DNA from: Acidobacteriota bacterium
GTDB lineage: Bacteria > Acidobacteriota > UBA890 > WLXD01
Direction: 5' to 3'
DNA: 64,000 bases
NCBI GenBank assembly: GCA_963666215.2
Contig: CAXWPL010000001.1
Coordinates: forward strand, 32,001-96,000
Numbering within the stretch: position 1 is the stretch's first letter; the number at the start of each line of letters is the position of its first letter. The position numbers and the translations under genes are program-made. This document shows, one piece after another, positions 51,173 through 61,709 of this stretch. The notes under the pieces were generated by a model, which had not been told where the DNA came from, ran no database searches, and worked only from the letters and a program-made list of their open reading frames with translations.

Positions 51173-51658
51173 GTTTACCAGGCTTTCCCAGCTACTCCAG
51201 CTGCCCGCACCGGCGTTGACCACTCGAACGTTGGGGAAGCCCTCGTCGCGCAGATAGCGCTGCAGCCGATCCGGGTAGGAGTCGCGGAAGTCGGCCACAG
51301 CGAAGGTGTAGGTAGTAGAGCCGCCCAGGCAGACGATCCTGAACTCGCCCTCCGGCTTGGGCATGTCGATCTCGTCGCCTCGATAGCCGAGCGAGTTGTG
51401 CCGGTTCTCACCACTTACGTAGTTTGGAGTTGGATAGTGCCCTAGATACCTGTGAGCGATGAACCGCGAATCAAGACCACGCGCTCGGAGCTGGCGCAAG
51501 GACGCGAATCGTGAGAAGTCCTGCTCGCTGGCGAGGCTCCGCAGCCAAACGCGGGCTGCGATCTCCATTCCCACGCAAATCAGAGCGCACGCCAGCAGCA
51601 CCAGGAACGCGTTTGCCAGGATCGCCTGGACACGGTTCACAGCCGGGTTGTCGCTCAT
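51173..51658 (-). pseudogene. membrane-anchored SGNH/GDSL hydrolase, 3'-truncated by IS256
   Basis: N-terminal TM, NSLGYRG, IVCLGGSTT (block I), VVNAGAGSWSS (block II); later blocks missing. Confidence 0.82.
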
Positions 51659-51769
51659 CGGTTAGCCCTCGGAGTGGCGGCCACTGACCCGGTGAGTCGC
51701 GCTACCAGCGATGGGCCGCCGGCGCGGCGGTTGCGTGCGCCGCGACCATTCCTCGCAGCAACTTCGACC

Positions 51770-53188
51770 TTATACCTGGCTGCACGCCGCCGCGACTTCA
51801 TTGGCCTCGCCAGGGAGCAGGGTCCGTACCTCGATCACCACCCGATCATCGACAATGCGGGTGAGCACGGCTGGCTGTTGGGCTCGCAAGCGCGCCGCCA
51901 GGCTGTCGGCTGAAAGATCGCCGCTCAGGGCCACCCCGAAAGACGGGAGCCCAACCTCCGGCGCCGCTCCCCCGCCCGCCTGGCTTTGCGTGGCAACGAC
52001 CTCGGCACCCAGATCGGGGCACGCCGTCCCTATCCGCTTCGCCAGCGCGCACGCACGCTCGTGCACCTGATCGGCGGTCGCCATCAGCATTGCGACAGCG
52101 GGAATTCCTTCGTACCTGCCAGCGACGTACTCGAGAAGAGTCGCCTCGAGTGCCAGCAGTGACGCGCGGTCGAGCCGCATGGCTCGGAAAAGCGGGTTCC
52201 GCCGCACCTGTGCAACCAGGTGGCGCTTACCAGCAACGAAACCCGCCTGAGGGCCGCCGAGAAGCTTGTCGCCCGAGAACGTGACGAGGTCCAGCCCCTC
52301 GGCGAGCCTGCTTCCCACCGTGGGCTCGTCGATCCCGAAGTCAGCAAGATCCACGAGACTGCCGCTGCCAAGGTCCTCGACCACGGGAATGTCGTGCTCG
52401 GCGCCGAGAGCCACGAGCTCTGCGACATCGGCCTCTTCGGTAAAACCCACGAGCCGGTAGTTGGAAGGATGCACCGCCAGCAGCATGCCGGTTTCAGGGC
52501 CGATCGCGGCGCGGAAATCGTCGACGCGCGTACGATTCGTGGTGCCGACCTCACGCAGTCGGCAGCCTCCTTTGGCCATGACATCTGGAATGCGGAAAGA
52601 GCCACCGATCTCCACCAACTGACCACGCGAGACGATGACCTCCCTACCCTCGGCCAACGTGTTCAGCACCAGAAGCACAGCGGCAGCGTTGTTGTTCACG
52701 GCGACGGCGGCCGATCCCGGCAGCAACTGCTCCAGAGGCCGGCTGAGCACCACGTCGCGATCGCCTCGGCGACCGCTTTCGAGATCGAGCTCGAGATTCA
52801 AGTAGCCACGCGCCAGGCTCGACACCCGCTCGGCGGCGGCGGCGCACCACGGAGAGCGACCCAGGTTGGTATGAACAACGATCCCCGTGGCGTTGATGAC
52901 GCGCTGCAGATGCGGCGCCAACAGGCGCTCGGCAACGTCGATGACACCGGCGGCGTGACTCGCCAGATCCGCCAGATCCGTGCAATGCGCCTGATGCGCG
53001 AGGGCCGCCGGTGTCTCGCCCTCCGCGATGGCCGCACGCAGCCGATCGAGGTACGCGTTGACGGCGCCGCGCAGGAAGTCTCTACCGACCTGCCGTCGCG
53101 TCGACCAGTCGATCAGCGGCGGCGCGTCGAGCAGAGCGTCCACCGACGGCAACCTTCGGTACAGCGCCGCCAGATTGCTCGCGTTCAT
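51770..53188 (-). CDS. selA: L-seryl-tRNA(Sec) selenium transferase
   Basis: VINATGIVVHTNLGR, VNNNAAA, SRGQLVEIGGSFRIP, EVGTTN, SGDKLLGGPQAG. Confidence 0.96.
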   Translation of the reverse strand: MNASNLAALYRRLPSVDALLDAPPLIDWSTRRQVGRDFLRGAVNAYLDRLRAAIAEGETPAALAHQAHCTDLADLASHAAGVIDVAERLLAPHLQRVINATGIVVHTNLGRSPWCAAAAERVSSLARGYLNLELDLESGRRGDRDVVLSRPLEQLLPGSAAVAVNNNAAAVLLVLNTLAEGREVIVSRGQLVEIGGSFRIPDVMAKGGCRLREVGTTNRTRVDDFRAAIGPETGMLLAVHPSNYRLVGFTEEADVAELVALGAEHDIPVVEDLGSGSLVDLADFGIDEPTVGSRLAEGLDLVTFSGDKLLGGPQAGFVAGKRHLVAQVRRNPLFRAMRLDRASLLALEATLLEYVAGRYEGIPAVAMLMATADQVHERACALAKRIGTACPDLGAEVVATQSQAGGGAAPEVGLPSFGVALSGDLSADSLAARLRAQQPAVLTRIVDDRVVIEVRTLLPGEANEVAAACSQV

Positions 53189-53277
53189 CGAGGGAGCGCA
53201 GGGTTGGCCGCCGAGGTCCCTTGCCGGGCCGGGCCACCGTCACTACGATGGAGCAGCCTTTCCACGAGCAGATTTGA

Positions 53278-53667
53278 ATGACGATGGCCAACGCCGACAA
53301 AATGCGTGACGCTGCCCTGCTCGACGGGCTGGACGAGGAGACGGCACGACTGCTGTTTCCCGAGCGCTTTTCTCGCGAAATCGTCGTGACCTTCGTCTAC
53401 CCGGCACCGACGGCCAAGGAATCGGCCGGCTTCGCTGAAATGACGCGACACGCTCGCACAGAACAGGTGCGCGATCCTGAGCGTCCCGGGCGACCACTGG
53501 TCGAGCGAGCCTCGTTCGACCTGGCTGCCGTCGAGAGCATGCATGCGCTCTACTCCTTCCTGGAGGAAAACGCCGAACCGGACGAGGTCGAGATCCGGGT
53601 CGGGAATCGAAGTCTGCCGCTGGTGCGCGAGCTGTGGCTGCCGCTCCTTTGGCTGCTGCGGTCGTAG
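53278..53667 (+). CDS. hypothetical protein
   Basis: Protein-like 129-aa ORF divergent from selA, ending LPLVRELWLPLLWLL. Confidence 0.7.
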   Translation: MTMANADKMRDAALLDGLDEETARLLFPERFSREIVVTFVYPAPTAKESAGFAEMTRHARTEQVRDPERPGRPLVERASFDLAAVESMHALYSFLEENAEPDEVEIRVGNRSLPLVRELWLPLLWLLRS

Positions 53668-53817
53668 CGCCCGTGCCGGCCGTCGCGCCGAGCACCTGAA
53701 AGGATACAGGCGCGCGCCAGTCTCACCGACCGGGGCTGCCGACGATCGTTTTTGGACAGCGATGTCGCCGCACGCCACCGGCCGCCGCCTCCGCCTGGCC
53801 CGATCGATGTCGACGGT

Positions 53818-53846
53818 TTGACACCCTCAGAGGGCTGGGATAGAAA
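53818..53846 (+). promoter_or_regulatory. probable sigma70-type promoter of the nuo operon
   Basis: TTGACA-N17-TAGAAA about 140 bp upstream of nuoA. Confidence 0.5.
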
Positions 53847-53984
53847 CCTCGTGACAATCGGCTAGCAGGCCGGTTGGAGCCGCATCCCGCCCCATCATCG
53901 CATCCTCGTTCACGGTGCGAGGTGGCCCGAGTCGAACAACACCGCAAGCAGAGTACGCGGTAACTACGCGCCCAAGACACACTT

Positions 53985-54341
53985 ATGGTCGTCTATCTCC
54001 CGATAGCCATCTTCTTTTTGATCGCCATCGTTTTCGCCGCGCTGCCGCTGGTTATCGGGCCGCTGATCCGGCCGACGCCGATTCCCACCGAGGGCAAGTT
54101 GGCTGCCTACGAGTGCGGTGTGGAGCCGTCGCGCGACGCGCGCCAGCGTTTCTCGGTTCGGTTCTATATTGTCGCCATGCTCTTCCTGATTTTCGACGTG
54201 GAAACTGTCTTCTTGTTCCCCTGGGCCGTGCAATTCCGCAGCCTCGCGCTCTTCGGCTTCATCGAGATGCTGATCTTCCTCGCCATCCTCATCGTCGGCT
54301 ACGTCTACGCCTGGAAACGCGGGGCACTCGAATGGGTCTAG
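53985..54341 (+). CDS. nuoA: NADH-quinone oxidoreductase subunit A
   Basis: [23 protein letters not shown]. Confidence 0.96.
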   Translation: MVVYLPIAIFFLIAIVFAALPLVIGPLIRPTPIPTEGKLAAYECGVEPSRDARQRFSVRFYIVAMLFLIFDVETVFLFPWAVQFRSLALFGFIEMLIFLAILIVGYVYAWKRGALEWV

Positions 54342-54811
54342 TCGAACACTCGCTTCCCGACAACGTTCTGACGACTTCGGTCGACGGCATCATCAACTGG
54401 GCGCGCAAATCGGCCATCTGGCCTCTGACCTTCGGGCTCGCCTGCTGCGCCATCGAGATGATCGTCACAACGTGCTCGCGCTTCGACATGGCGCGATACG
54501 GTGCCGAGGTCTTCCGGGCGACCCCCAGACAAGCCGACCTGATGATCGTTGCGGGCACCGTAACGCTGAAGATGGCGCCGGTCATCAAACGACTGTACGA
54601 CCAGATGCCGGACCCGAAATGGGTGATCTCGATGGGTTCCTGCGCCACCTGTGGCGGCCCCTATCCGACCTACAGCGTGCTTCAGGGAGTCGACCGCATC
54701 GTCCCTGTCGACGTCTACGTGCCAGGCTGCCCGCCGCGGCCCGAGGCACTTCTCTACGGCCTGCTGCGTCTGCAAGACAAGATCGACGAAATGCGGGTGC
54801 TGCGGAAATAA
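54332..54811 (+). CDS. nuoB: NADH-quinone oxidoreductase subunit B
   Basis: [31 protein letters not shown]. Confidence 0.96.
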   Translation: MGLVEHSLPDNVLTTSVDGIINWARKSAIWPLTFGLACCAIEMIVTTCSRFDMARYGAEVFRATPRQADLMIVAGTVTLKMAPVIKRLYDQMPDPKWVISMGSCATCGGPYPTYSVLQGVDRIVPVDVYVPGCPPRPEALLYGLLRLQDKIDEMRVLRK

Positions 54812-54856
54812 TCGGGTCGCAACAAGCATCAGGCCGGTTGCCCGGCGAAAGCACAC

Positions 54857-55819
54857 ATGAGCGAAGAAACACCACAGAACGGCGACCATTCGCCTGAGCG
54901 CCCAGACGAGGGCGAAGGCGCCGAGATCGCAGCTCACGCTTCTCCGGAGCCGGAGAGCGCCGCGACGCCTGAAGCCTCTGCAGCGCCCACCGAGCAAACG
55001 GCGCCTGAGCCTACGGCTGAAGAGAAGCCAGAACCGGTCGCTGTGGAAGCCGCTCCAGCGGCCGACGGTGCGCCTGCGACCGGTAGCGCGCCTGCGGCCG
55101 ACGCTGCGCCCAAGCCGGCTCCCCCGAAGCCAAAGCCCGAGCCGGAACCCGAGCCGGAGCCCGAGCCCAGCCCGATCGTTGTTGCGCTTACCGGAGCGTT
55201 CCCCAGCGCCGTACAGGTCGAAGGCGAAGACCAGGAGGCCGTCCCGATCGTTCGAACGGACGCCGACAATCTGGTTGAGGTCATGACCTGGCTGCGCGAC
55301 GACCCCGAGCAACGCTTCGACTACCTTGCCAATCTCACGGCGATCGACTGGACCGAGCGCGAGCCGCGGTTCGACATGGTCTACAACCTCTACTCGATCA
55401 GCCACCGCCACCGTCTCACGGTGAAGTGCGGCTGTGCCGACGGCGAGGGTGTACCAACGATGTGCGACGTCTGGCGAGGCGCCGACTGGATCGAGCGCGA
55501 GACCTACGATCTTTACGGCATCGAGTTCCTCGGACATCCCGACCTGCGGCGCATCTTCCTTTCGGACGACTGGGAGGGCTTCCCGCTGCGCAAGGACTAC
55601 CCGCTCGAAGGTCCCAACCTCGAACTGCTGACGCGTCAGCAGGCGGCGTTCCGCGGCGGGCGCTTCGACCGCATCCGTGGTGAGCACGAGATCAACGAGC
55701 AGGAACGCCAAATGGCCGGCCCGGGCATTGTCGGCGCCCTCTGGACGCCAACGCCACCGACGATGGAAGAGGTGGAAAGCGATGACACGGAGTCGGCAAC
55801 CGACACGACTGGGGACTGA
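54857..55819 (+). CDS. nuoC: NADH-quinone oxidoreductase subunit C with long Pro/Ala/Glu-rich N-terminal extension
   Basis: ERETYDLYGIEFLGHPDLRRI, PLRKDYP. Confidence 0.93.
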   Translation: MSEETPQNGDHSPERPDEGEGAEIAAHASPEPESAATPEASAAPTEQTAPEPTAEEKPEPVAVEAAPAADGAPATGSAPAADAAPKPAPPKPKPEPEPEPEPEPSPIVVALTGAFPSAVQVEGEDQEAVPIVRTDADNLVEVMTWLRDDPEQRFDYLANLTAIDWTEREPRFDMVYNLYSISHRHRLTVKCGCADGEGVPTMCDVWRGADWIERETYDLYGIEFLGHPDLRRIFLSDDWEGFPLRKDYPLEGPNLELLTRQQAAFRGGRFDRIRGEHEINEQERQMAGPGIVGALWTPTPPTMEEVESDDTESATDTTGD

Positions 55820-55926
55820 CTCCAAGCAATTCCTGGGACAGCAAGCAAGACGCTCACGCACACGATCTAGAGAACTAGCGCGAACGGATTAGCGCGAACC
55901 GGAACCGCAGGGCAAACAAGCCGAAC

Positions 55927-57030
55927 ATGCTGGAAACCAAAGAGTTCGAGCTCAACATGGGCCCGCAGCACCCGTCGACGCACGGCGTGCTGCGCCTGGT
56001 GTTGTATCTGGATGGCGAGACCATCACCGACTGCGAGACGGTGATCGGCTACCTGCATCGGGGCACCGAGAAGCTCTGCGAAACACGCAACTACTACCAG
56101 AACGTTCCGTTCACCGACCGCACCGACTATCTCGCAGCGCCGAATAACAACCTCGGCTACGTCGAAGCCGTCGAATCGCTGGGCGGCTACGAGGTACCGG
56201 AACGCGCCCTCTTTGCCCGCACGGCGATTGTCGAGCTGTCGCGCATCGCCAGTCACCTTTTCTGGCTGGCTACCCATGCGCTCGACATCGGTGCGCAGAC
56301 GATGTTGTTCTGGTGCACCCGCGAGCGTGAGGTCATTCTCGATTTCTTCGAAGCGGCCCTCGGCGACCGGCTGACCACATCGGCGTTCCGGCCCGGCGGC
56401 TTGCGGCGTGAGCTGCCTGCCGGCTGGGTAGAGGCGGTACGCGACTTCTGCAGCTCCTTCCCGGCGCGCATCGACGAGTACGAGACGCTGCTGACGGAGA
56501 ATCGCATCTGGCTCGGGCGCACCGTCGGCGTTGGCGTGATCAGCGGCCCCGACGCGATTGCCTTTGGCCTGTCCGGACCGATGATTCGCGGCTCCGGCGT
56601 CCCCTACGACATCCGCAAGGACCTTCCCTACGCCGCCTACGACCAGGTGGACTTCGACATCGCGGTTTTCGAGGACGGCGACACGTACGCCCGCTACCTC
56701 GTGCGCATGGAAGAGATGCGGCAGTCGGTGCACATCATCCAGCAGTGCCTCGACAAGATGCCCGCTGAGGGCAAGATCGTTGGCAAGGTGCCGAAGAGCA
56801 TGCGCATCCCGGCAGGTCGCGAGGTCTACCACGTCATTGAGTCGCCGCGCGGCGAGATGGGCTACTACATGATCGCCAGCGGTGGCGACACTCCCTACAA
56901 ATGCAAGATCCGATCGCCCTCCTTCTGCAATCTGCAATGCATCCGTGAGTTGTCGCGCGGCCACCTGATTGCCGACGTGGTTACCCTCATCGGGACCATC
57001 GACATCGTCCTCGGAGACGTTGATCGATGA
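55927..57030 (+). CDS. nuoD: NADH-quinone oxidoreductase subunit D
   Basis: NMGPQHPSTHGVLRL, GYLHRGTEK, ESPRGE, DIVLGDVDR. Confidence 0.96.
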   Translation: MLETKEFELNMGPQHPSTHGVLRLVLYLDGETITDCETVIGYLHRGTEKLCETRNYYQNVPFTDRTDYLAAPNNNLGYVEAVESLGGYEVPERALFARTAIVELSRIASHLFWLATHALDIGAQTMLFWCTREREVILDFFEAALGDRLTTSAFRPGGLRRELPAGWVEAVRDFCSSFPARIDEYETLLTENRIWLGRTVGVGVISGPDAIAFGLSGPMIRGSGVPYDIRKDLPYAAYDQVDFDIAVFEDGDTYARYLVRMEEMRQSVHIIQQCLDKMPAEGKIVGKVPKSMRIPAGREVYHVIESPRGEMGYYMIASGGDTPYKCKIRSPSFCNLQCIRELSRGHLIADVVTLIGTIDIVLGDVDR

Positions 57031-58061
57031 GCGATTTCACGATCATCAATGTCCTCATCCCGGCCGCCCAGATCGGGGTCATTCTGGGAATCCTCGGGCT
57101 GGCCATTGGCTATATCGTTCTCGCCGAGCGCAAGATCCTCGCCTTCATGCAGAGCCGCCTCGGCCCGATGCGCGTGGGACCACATGGGCTCCTGCAGCCG
57201 ATCGCCGACACGATCAAGCTCCTCTTCAAGGAGGACATCATCCCTGGTGGTGTCGACCGGTTCATCTTCAGGATCTCGCCCATCATCGTCGTGGTGGCCG
57301 CGTTCACCACACTGACGCTCGTACCCTGGGCTCGCGGGACGACTCTTTTCGGATATCAGATCCCAGGTGCGATCGCCGATGTGAACGTCGGGATTCTGCT
57401 GATCCTGGGCATCGGCGGTCTGACGACCTACGGCGTCATCCTGGCGGGCTGGTCGAGCAACTCGAAGTACCCACTGCTGGGCGCGCTTCGTGCCGCAGCG
57501 CAGATGGTGTCGTACGAGATCGCGCTCACGTTCGCGGTGCTCTCCGGGCTGATGGTGGCCGGAACGTTATCGATGGTGGGCATCGTCGAGGCCCAGCGCG
57601 ACATGGGCGTTTGGTTCGTCTTCCTGCAGCCGGTTGCCTGGGGCATCTTCACCATCTCGATGGTCGCCGAAACCAACCGGCCACCGTTCGACATGCCGGA
57701 GGCCGAGTCGGAGCTTGTAGGCGGCTTCTTCACCGAGTACTCCGGGATGCGCTGGTCGCTGTTCTTCCTCGGTGAGTACACGGCGATGATCGTGATGTCG
57801 GCCGTCAACATCACGATCTTCTGGGGCGGCTGGATGCGACCGTTCCCAAACGTCGAAGCGCTGGCCTTCCTCGATATCGTGCCGCCGGTTGCCTGGTTCC
57901 TGTTCAAGCTCACAAGCTGGATCTTCTTCTACATCTGGATCCGGGGCACGTTCCCGCGTTACCGCTACGACCAGCTGATGAATCTCGGCTGGAAGTCGCT
58001 GATCCCGCTCTCGATCGCCAACCTACTCATCACGGGACTCGTGATGATTCTCCTGAGCTAG
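57027..58061 (+). CDS. nuoH: NADH-quinone oxidoreductase subunit H
   Basis: ERKI..MQSRLGP, GWSSNSKY, ETNRPPFD, PRYRYDQLM. Confidence 0.96.
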   Translation: MSDFTIINVLIPAAQIGVILGILGLAIGYIVLAERKILAFMQSRLGPMRVGPHGLLQPIADTIKLLFKEDIIPGGVDRFIFRISPIIVVVAAFTTLTLVPWARGTTLFGYQIPGAIADVNVGILLILGIGGLTTYGVILAGWSSNSKYPLLGALRAAAQMVSYEIALTFAVLSGLMVAGTLSMVGIVEAQRDMGVWFVFLQPVAWGIFTISMVAETNRPPFDMPEAESELVGGFFTEYSGMRWSLFFLGEYTAMIVMSAVNITIFWGGWMRPFPNVEALAFLDIVPPVAWFLFKLTSWIFFYIWIRGTFPRYRYDQLMNLGWKSLIPLSIANLLITGLVMILLS

Positions 58062-58090
58062 CTCTCCCTGATCTCCAAAGTCTCGCAACC

Positions 58091-58543
58091 ATGCCCGCAC
58101 CGAAAAAAGGTCTCCTGACCCGGTTCCTCCTGCTCGAGCTACTCAAAGGCATGTGGCTCACGCTGCGCTACACCTTCCGGCCGAAGGTGACTGTGCAGTA
58201 CCCACTCGAGCGCGAGGCGGTTCATCCGAACTACCGCGGCATCCTGCGGGTAGACGAGTCGCTCTGCATCGCCTGCTACCTGTGCGAGAAGATCTGCCCG
58301 GACAACTGCATCCACCTCGACGGTGAGCGTGGCTACGGCAAGGGCAAGGGCGGCAAGTACGCGACCTACTTCTATATTGACCACGCACGCTGCCTCTTCT
58401 GTGGGCTATGCGAAGAGGTCTGCCCCGTCGACTCGATCTACCACAGCAACGAGTTCGAGGCCGCGGTCTACAACCGCGCCGATTCGATCCACGACCTGAA
58501 GATCCTGCACTCCGGTCACAACATCGTTCACTACGAGCGCTGA
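58091..58543 (+). CDS. nuoI: NADH-quinone oxidoreductase subunit I
   Basis: CIACYLCEKICP and CLFCGLCEEVCP (2x 4Fe-4S). Confidence 0.95.
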   Translation: MPAPKKGLLTRFLLLELLKGMWLTLRYTFRPKVTVQYPLEREAVHPNYRGILRVDESLCIACYLCEKICPDNCIHLDGERGYGKGKGGKYATYFYIDHARCLFCGLCEEVCPVDSIYHSNEFEAAVYNRADSIHDLKILHSGHNIVHYER

Positions 58544-58552
58544 GTTAAGCCG

Positions 58553-59065
58553 TTGGAAAGCCTCGCCTTCTACATCCTCGCCGGAATCATCCTGGTCAGC
58601 GCCGTGCTGATGGTGACGAGCCGCAACATGGTGCACTCCATCGTCTACATGGTGATCTCGTTCATCGCCGTCGGAGCCCTCTTCTTCCAGTTGCAGGCCG
58701 AGTTCGTTGGCGCGGTTCAGATTCTTGTGTACGCCGGCGGAATCGTCGTGCTGTTCCTCTTCGTGATCATGCTGGTGAACGTCGGCGAGGTCATGCAGCT
58801 GGACTACCTGCATACCCAATGGCTGCCGGCGACGCTGCTGATGCTCGTGGTTGTGGCGGAAGTCGGCTTCCTCGTTTGGGGCAACGGTGGAGCGCTTCAG
58901 GCCTCGCCGGCCGAGGCCGGCGCCGTTGTTCGAGCGCTCGGCGGCAACACCGAGACCGTCGGCATGACGCTCTATACCGACTACCTACTGCCGTTCGAGA
59001 TCGCTTCGGTGCTGTTGCTGGTTGCGATGGTCGGGGCGATCTACCTGGCCAAGAAGGAAGCCTGA
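58553..59065 (+). CDS. nuoJ: NADH-quinone oxidoreductase subunit J
   Basis: QILVYAGGIVVLFLFVIML, PFEIASVLLL. Confidence 0.95.
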   Translation: MESLAFYILAGIILVSAVLMVTSRNMVHSIVYMVISFIAVGALFFQLQAEFVGAVQILVYAGGIVVLFLFVIMLVNVGEVMQLDYLHTQWLPATLLMLVVVAEVGFLVWGNGGALQASPAEAGAVVRALGGNTETVGMTLYTDYLLPFEIASVLLLVAMVGAIYLAKKEA

Positions 59066-59069
59066 GGCG

Positions 59070-59378
59070 ATGGGAACTCTGGGGCTAGAACACTACCTGC
59101 TGCTCTCGGCACTGCTGTTCGGCATCGGTGTCATCGGCGTGCTCGTGCGCCGCAACGTCATCATGGTGCTGATGTGCCTCGAGCTAATCTTCAACGCCGC
59201 CAACATCAACCTGGTGGCGGTGTCGCGCTTCCGTCCCGATCTCGCCGGACAGATCTTCACGATCTTCACGATTACGGTGGCTGCCGCCGAGGCAGCGATC
59301 GGGCTTGGCCTGGTGATCGCGCTCTATCGCCACGTACAGACCGTCAACGTGGACGAAATCCACGTCCTCCGCGGATAG
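59070..59378 (+). CDS. nuoK: NADH-quinone oxidoreductase subunit K
   Basis: RRN, ELIFNAANIN, VAAAEAAIGL. Confidence 0.95.
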   Translation: MGTLGLEHYLLLSALLFGIGVIGVLVRRNVIMVLMCLELIFNAANINLVAVSRFRPDLAGQIFTIFTITVAAAEAAIGLGLVIALYRHVQTVNVDEIHVLRG

Positions 59379-59387
59379 GAACCCAAC

Positions 59388-61604
59388 GTGATCGATCTCT
59401 TCTGGCTGATCCCGCTGGTGCCGCTCGTTGGCGTTGTTATCAACGGGCTCTTCGCCAAGCGTTTCATCGGCTCCGAGAACTTCACCGGCTGGCTCGCCAG
59501 CGGACTGATGCTGATTGCGTTCTTCATCGGAGCCGGCGCCTTCCTCGGGCTTGCCGAGCTGCCGCCAGAGCAACGGCACATCGAGATCGAGCTGTACGAC
59601 TGGATCCCCGCCGGGCTGGCTCACATGAACACGGCTGACGCGGGCGTCGAGTCGGCGCGCTTCACGATCCCGTTCGGGTTCCAGCTCGACCCGTTGTCGG
59701 CCTTGATGGTGCTCATCATAACGGGCGTCGGCTTCCTGATTCACGTGTACGCCATAGGCTACATGAAGCACGATCCGCCCGACCCGGGGTTCTATCGCTT
59801 CTTCACCTACCTGAACCTCTTCGCCTCCTTCATGCTCATCCTCGTGTTGGGCAATTCCTACGCCATGATGTTCATTGGCTGGGAAGGCGTGGGGCTCTGC
59901 TCCTATCTGCTGATCGGCTACTACTACACCAAGAAGTCCGCCGGCGACGCCGGCAAGAAGGCGTTCGTGGCCAACCGCGTCGGCGACGCGGCCTTCCTGC
60001 TGGCGATGTTCGCGACCTTCTTCACCTTCGGCACGCTCGACTACGACGGCGTGTTCGCGGGCGCCGCCCAGCATTACGAAGTCGGCGCTCCGCTGATCAC
60101 GATGATCACGCTGCTGTGGTTCATCGGGGCCACGGGAAAGAGCGCTCAGATCCCGCTATTCGTCTGGCTCCCCGACGCGATGGAGGGTCCGACCCCTGTG
60201 TCGGCGCTGATCCACGCGGCGACGATGGTGACCGCCGGCGTCTACATGGTGGTGCGCTCGAACGTCCTCTACTCGCTGTCGCCCTTCACGATGACCGTCG
60301 TAGCCGTCATCGGAGCCGCTACGGCATTGATGGCCGCCACCATCGCGATGGTGCAAAACGACATCAAGCGCGTGCTCGCCTACTCGACGATCAGCCAGCT
60401 CGGCTACATGTTCCTGGCCTGCGGCGTGGGCGCCTACGCCGTTGGCGTGTTCCACCTGATGACGCACGCGTTCTTCAAGGCTCTGCTGTTCATGGCCGCT
60501 GGCTCGGTGATGCACGCGCTGCATGGCGAGCTCGACATGTGGAAGATGGGCAACGTCCGCAAGTACATGCCGATCACCCACAGGACCTTCATGGTGGGCA
60601 CGTTGGCGATCGCGGGCGTGCCCGGACTCGCCGGTTTCTTCTCCAAGGACGAGATCCTCTGGTACGCCTGGTCGGGCCCGAACGGGCACCCGCTTCTATG
60701 GGCGGTGGGAACACTGGTGGCAGGACTGACCGCCTTCTACATGATGCGCATGTTCCTCGTGACCTTCTACGGCGAGTCGCGCATGGACCCGCACGTGGAG
60801 TCGCACGCGCACGAGAATCCGCCGATGATGACCTATCCGCTGATCGTGCTGGCGATCCTGTCGGTGCTCGGAGGCTACGTCGGCATTCCGGCCAACCTAC
60901 GTATCGGTCCTCTGGCAACGCTACACAACAACTTCGATCTCATGACCTGGCTGGAGCCGGTTGCCGGCGGGCACGCTGGGGCGGGCGGTGGCGATCAGGC
61001 CGAGGCGGACACCGAGGAGCATGCGGCGATCGAGTCGGTGCCCCTGGATGACGTTGGGTTCGCACGGGTTGCCGAAGTCATCCCTGCCGAGGTCGCACTC
61101 GCGCCTGTGCTGCAAGACGAGGAGCACGCCGAAGACCATACGGCGCTCGAGTGGACGTTGATGCTCATCTCGGTGGCAGTCGCGCTGGCAGGCATGGGGC
61201 TGGCCTACGTCATCTACATCGGCAACCCGAAGATGGCGACCACGTTGCAGCAACGCTTTTCTGGCCTTCACAGGCTGCTGTTCAACAAGTACAAGGTCGA
61301 CGAGCTCTACGACGCCCTGTTCATCAACCGCGCCAAGGACCTCGGCGTCGGGCTCTGGGCCTTCGATGACGGCGTCGTGGATGGAGTGGTAAATGGCGCC
61401 GCCAGCTCAACGATGCAGGCCGCCGACGCCAGCACCGAGTTCGATGAACGCGTCGTCGACGGCGCGGTCAACGGCGTTGGCTACACCCTGTGGTCGGGCT
61501 CCGGCGGCTTGCGTGCGCTACAGACCGGCTTCGTACAGAACTACGCGTTGATCATCGTGATCGGCATGGTTGCGCTCCTGAGCGCGTACTTCTTCGGTTT
61601 CTAG
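59388..61604 (+). CDS. nuoL: NADH-quinone oxidoreductase subunit L
   Basis: GWEGVGLCSY, GKSAQIPL, AMEGPTPVSALIHAATMV, HAFFKALLF. Confidence 0.96.
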   Translation: MIDLFWLIPLVPLVGVVINGLFAKRFIGSENFTGWLASGLMLIAFFIGAGAFLGLAELPPEQRHIEIELYDWIPAGLAHMNTADAGVESARFTIPFGFQLDPLSALMVLIITGVGFLIHVYAIGYMKHDPPDPGFYRFFTYLNLFASFMLILVLGNSYAMMFIGWEGVGLCSYLLIGYYYTKKSAGDAGKKAFVANRVGDAAFLLAMFATFFTFGTLDYDGVFAGAAQHYEVGAPLITMITLLWFIGATGKSAQIPLFVWLPDAMEGPTPVSALIHAATMVTAGVYMVVRSNVLYSLSPFTMTVVAVIGAATALMAATIAMVQNDIKRVLAYSTISQLGYMFLACGVGAYAVGVFHLMTHAFFKALLFMAAGSVMHALHGELDMWKMGNVRKYMPITHRTFMVGTLAIAGVPGLAGFFSKDEILWYAWSGPNGHPLLWAVGTLVAGLTAFYMMRMFLVTFYGESRMDPHVESHAHENPPMMTYPLIVLAILSVLGGYVGIPANLRIGPLATLHNNFDLMTWLEPVAGGHAGAGGGDQAEADTEEHAAIESVPLDDVGFARVAEVIPAEVALAPVLQDEEHAEDHTALEWTLMLISVAVALAGMGLAYVIYIGNPKMATTLQQRFSGLHRLLFNKYKVDELYDALFINRAKDLGVGLWAFDDGVVDGVVNGAASSTMQAADASTEFDERVVDGAVNGVGYTLWSGSGGLRALQTGFVQNYALIIVIGMVALLSAYFFGF

Positions 61605-61709
61605 GAAGAGCCCACGGATTTCTGGAAAGAGCCAACACCAACTTCCACCGCGATCTAGACGAACATTCTGCGAGATCTATCTGTGATGAGTAACGAGGAG
61701 CGCTAGGCG

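Noticed and set aside
53668-53984. tRNA-Sec (selC) or riboswitch near selA/nuoA
   Set aside because: No cloverleaf, TCA anticodon arm or T-loop recognised; only short hairpins
55876-55899. Short direct repeat TAGCGCGAAC x2 between nuoC and nuoD (a similar small duplication lies near 61600-61635)
   Set aside because: Two copies only, with no spacer pattern; looks like local slippage, not CRISPR or an evident operator
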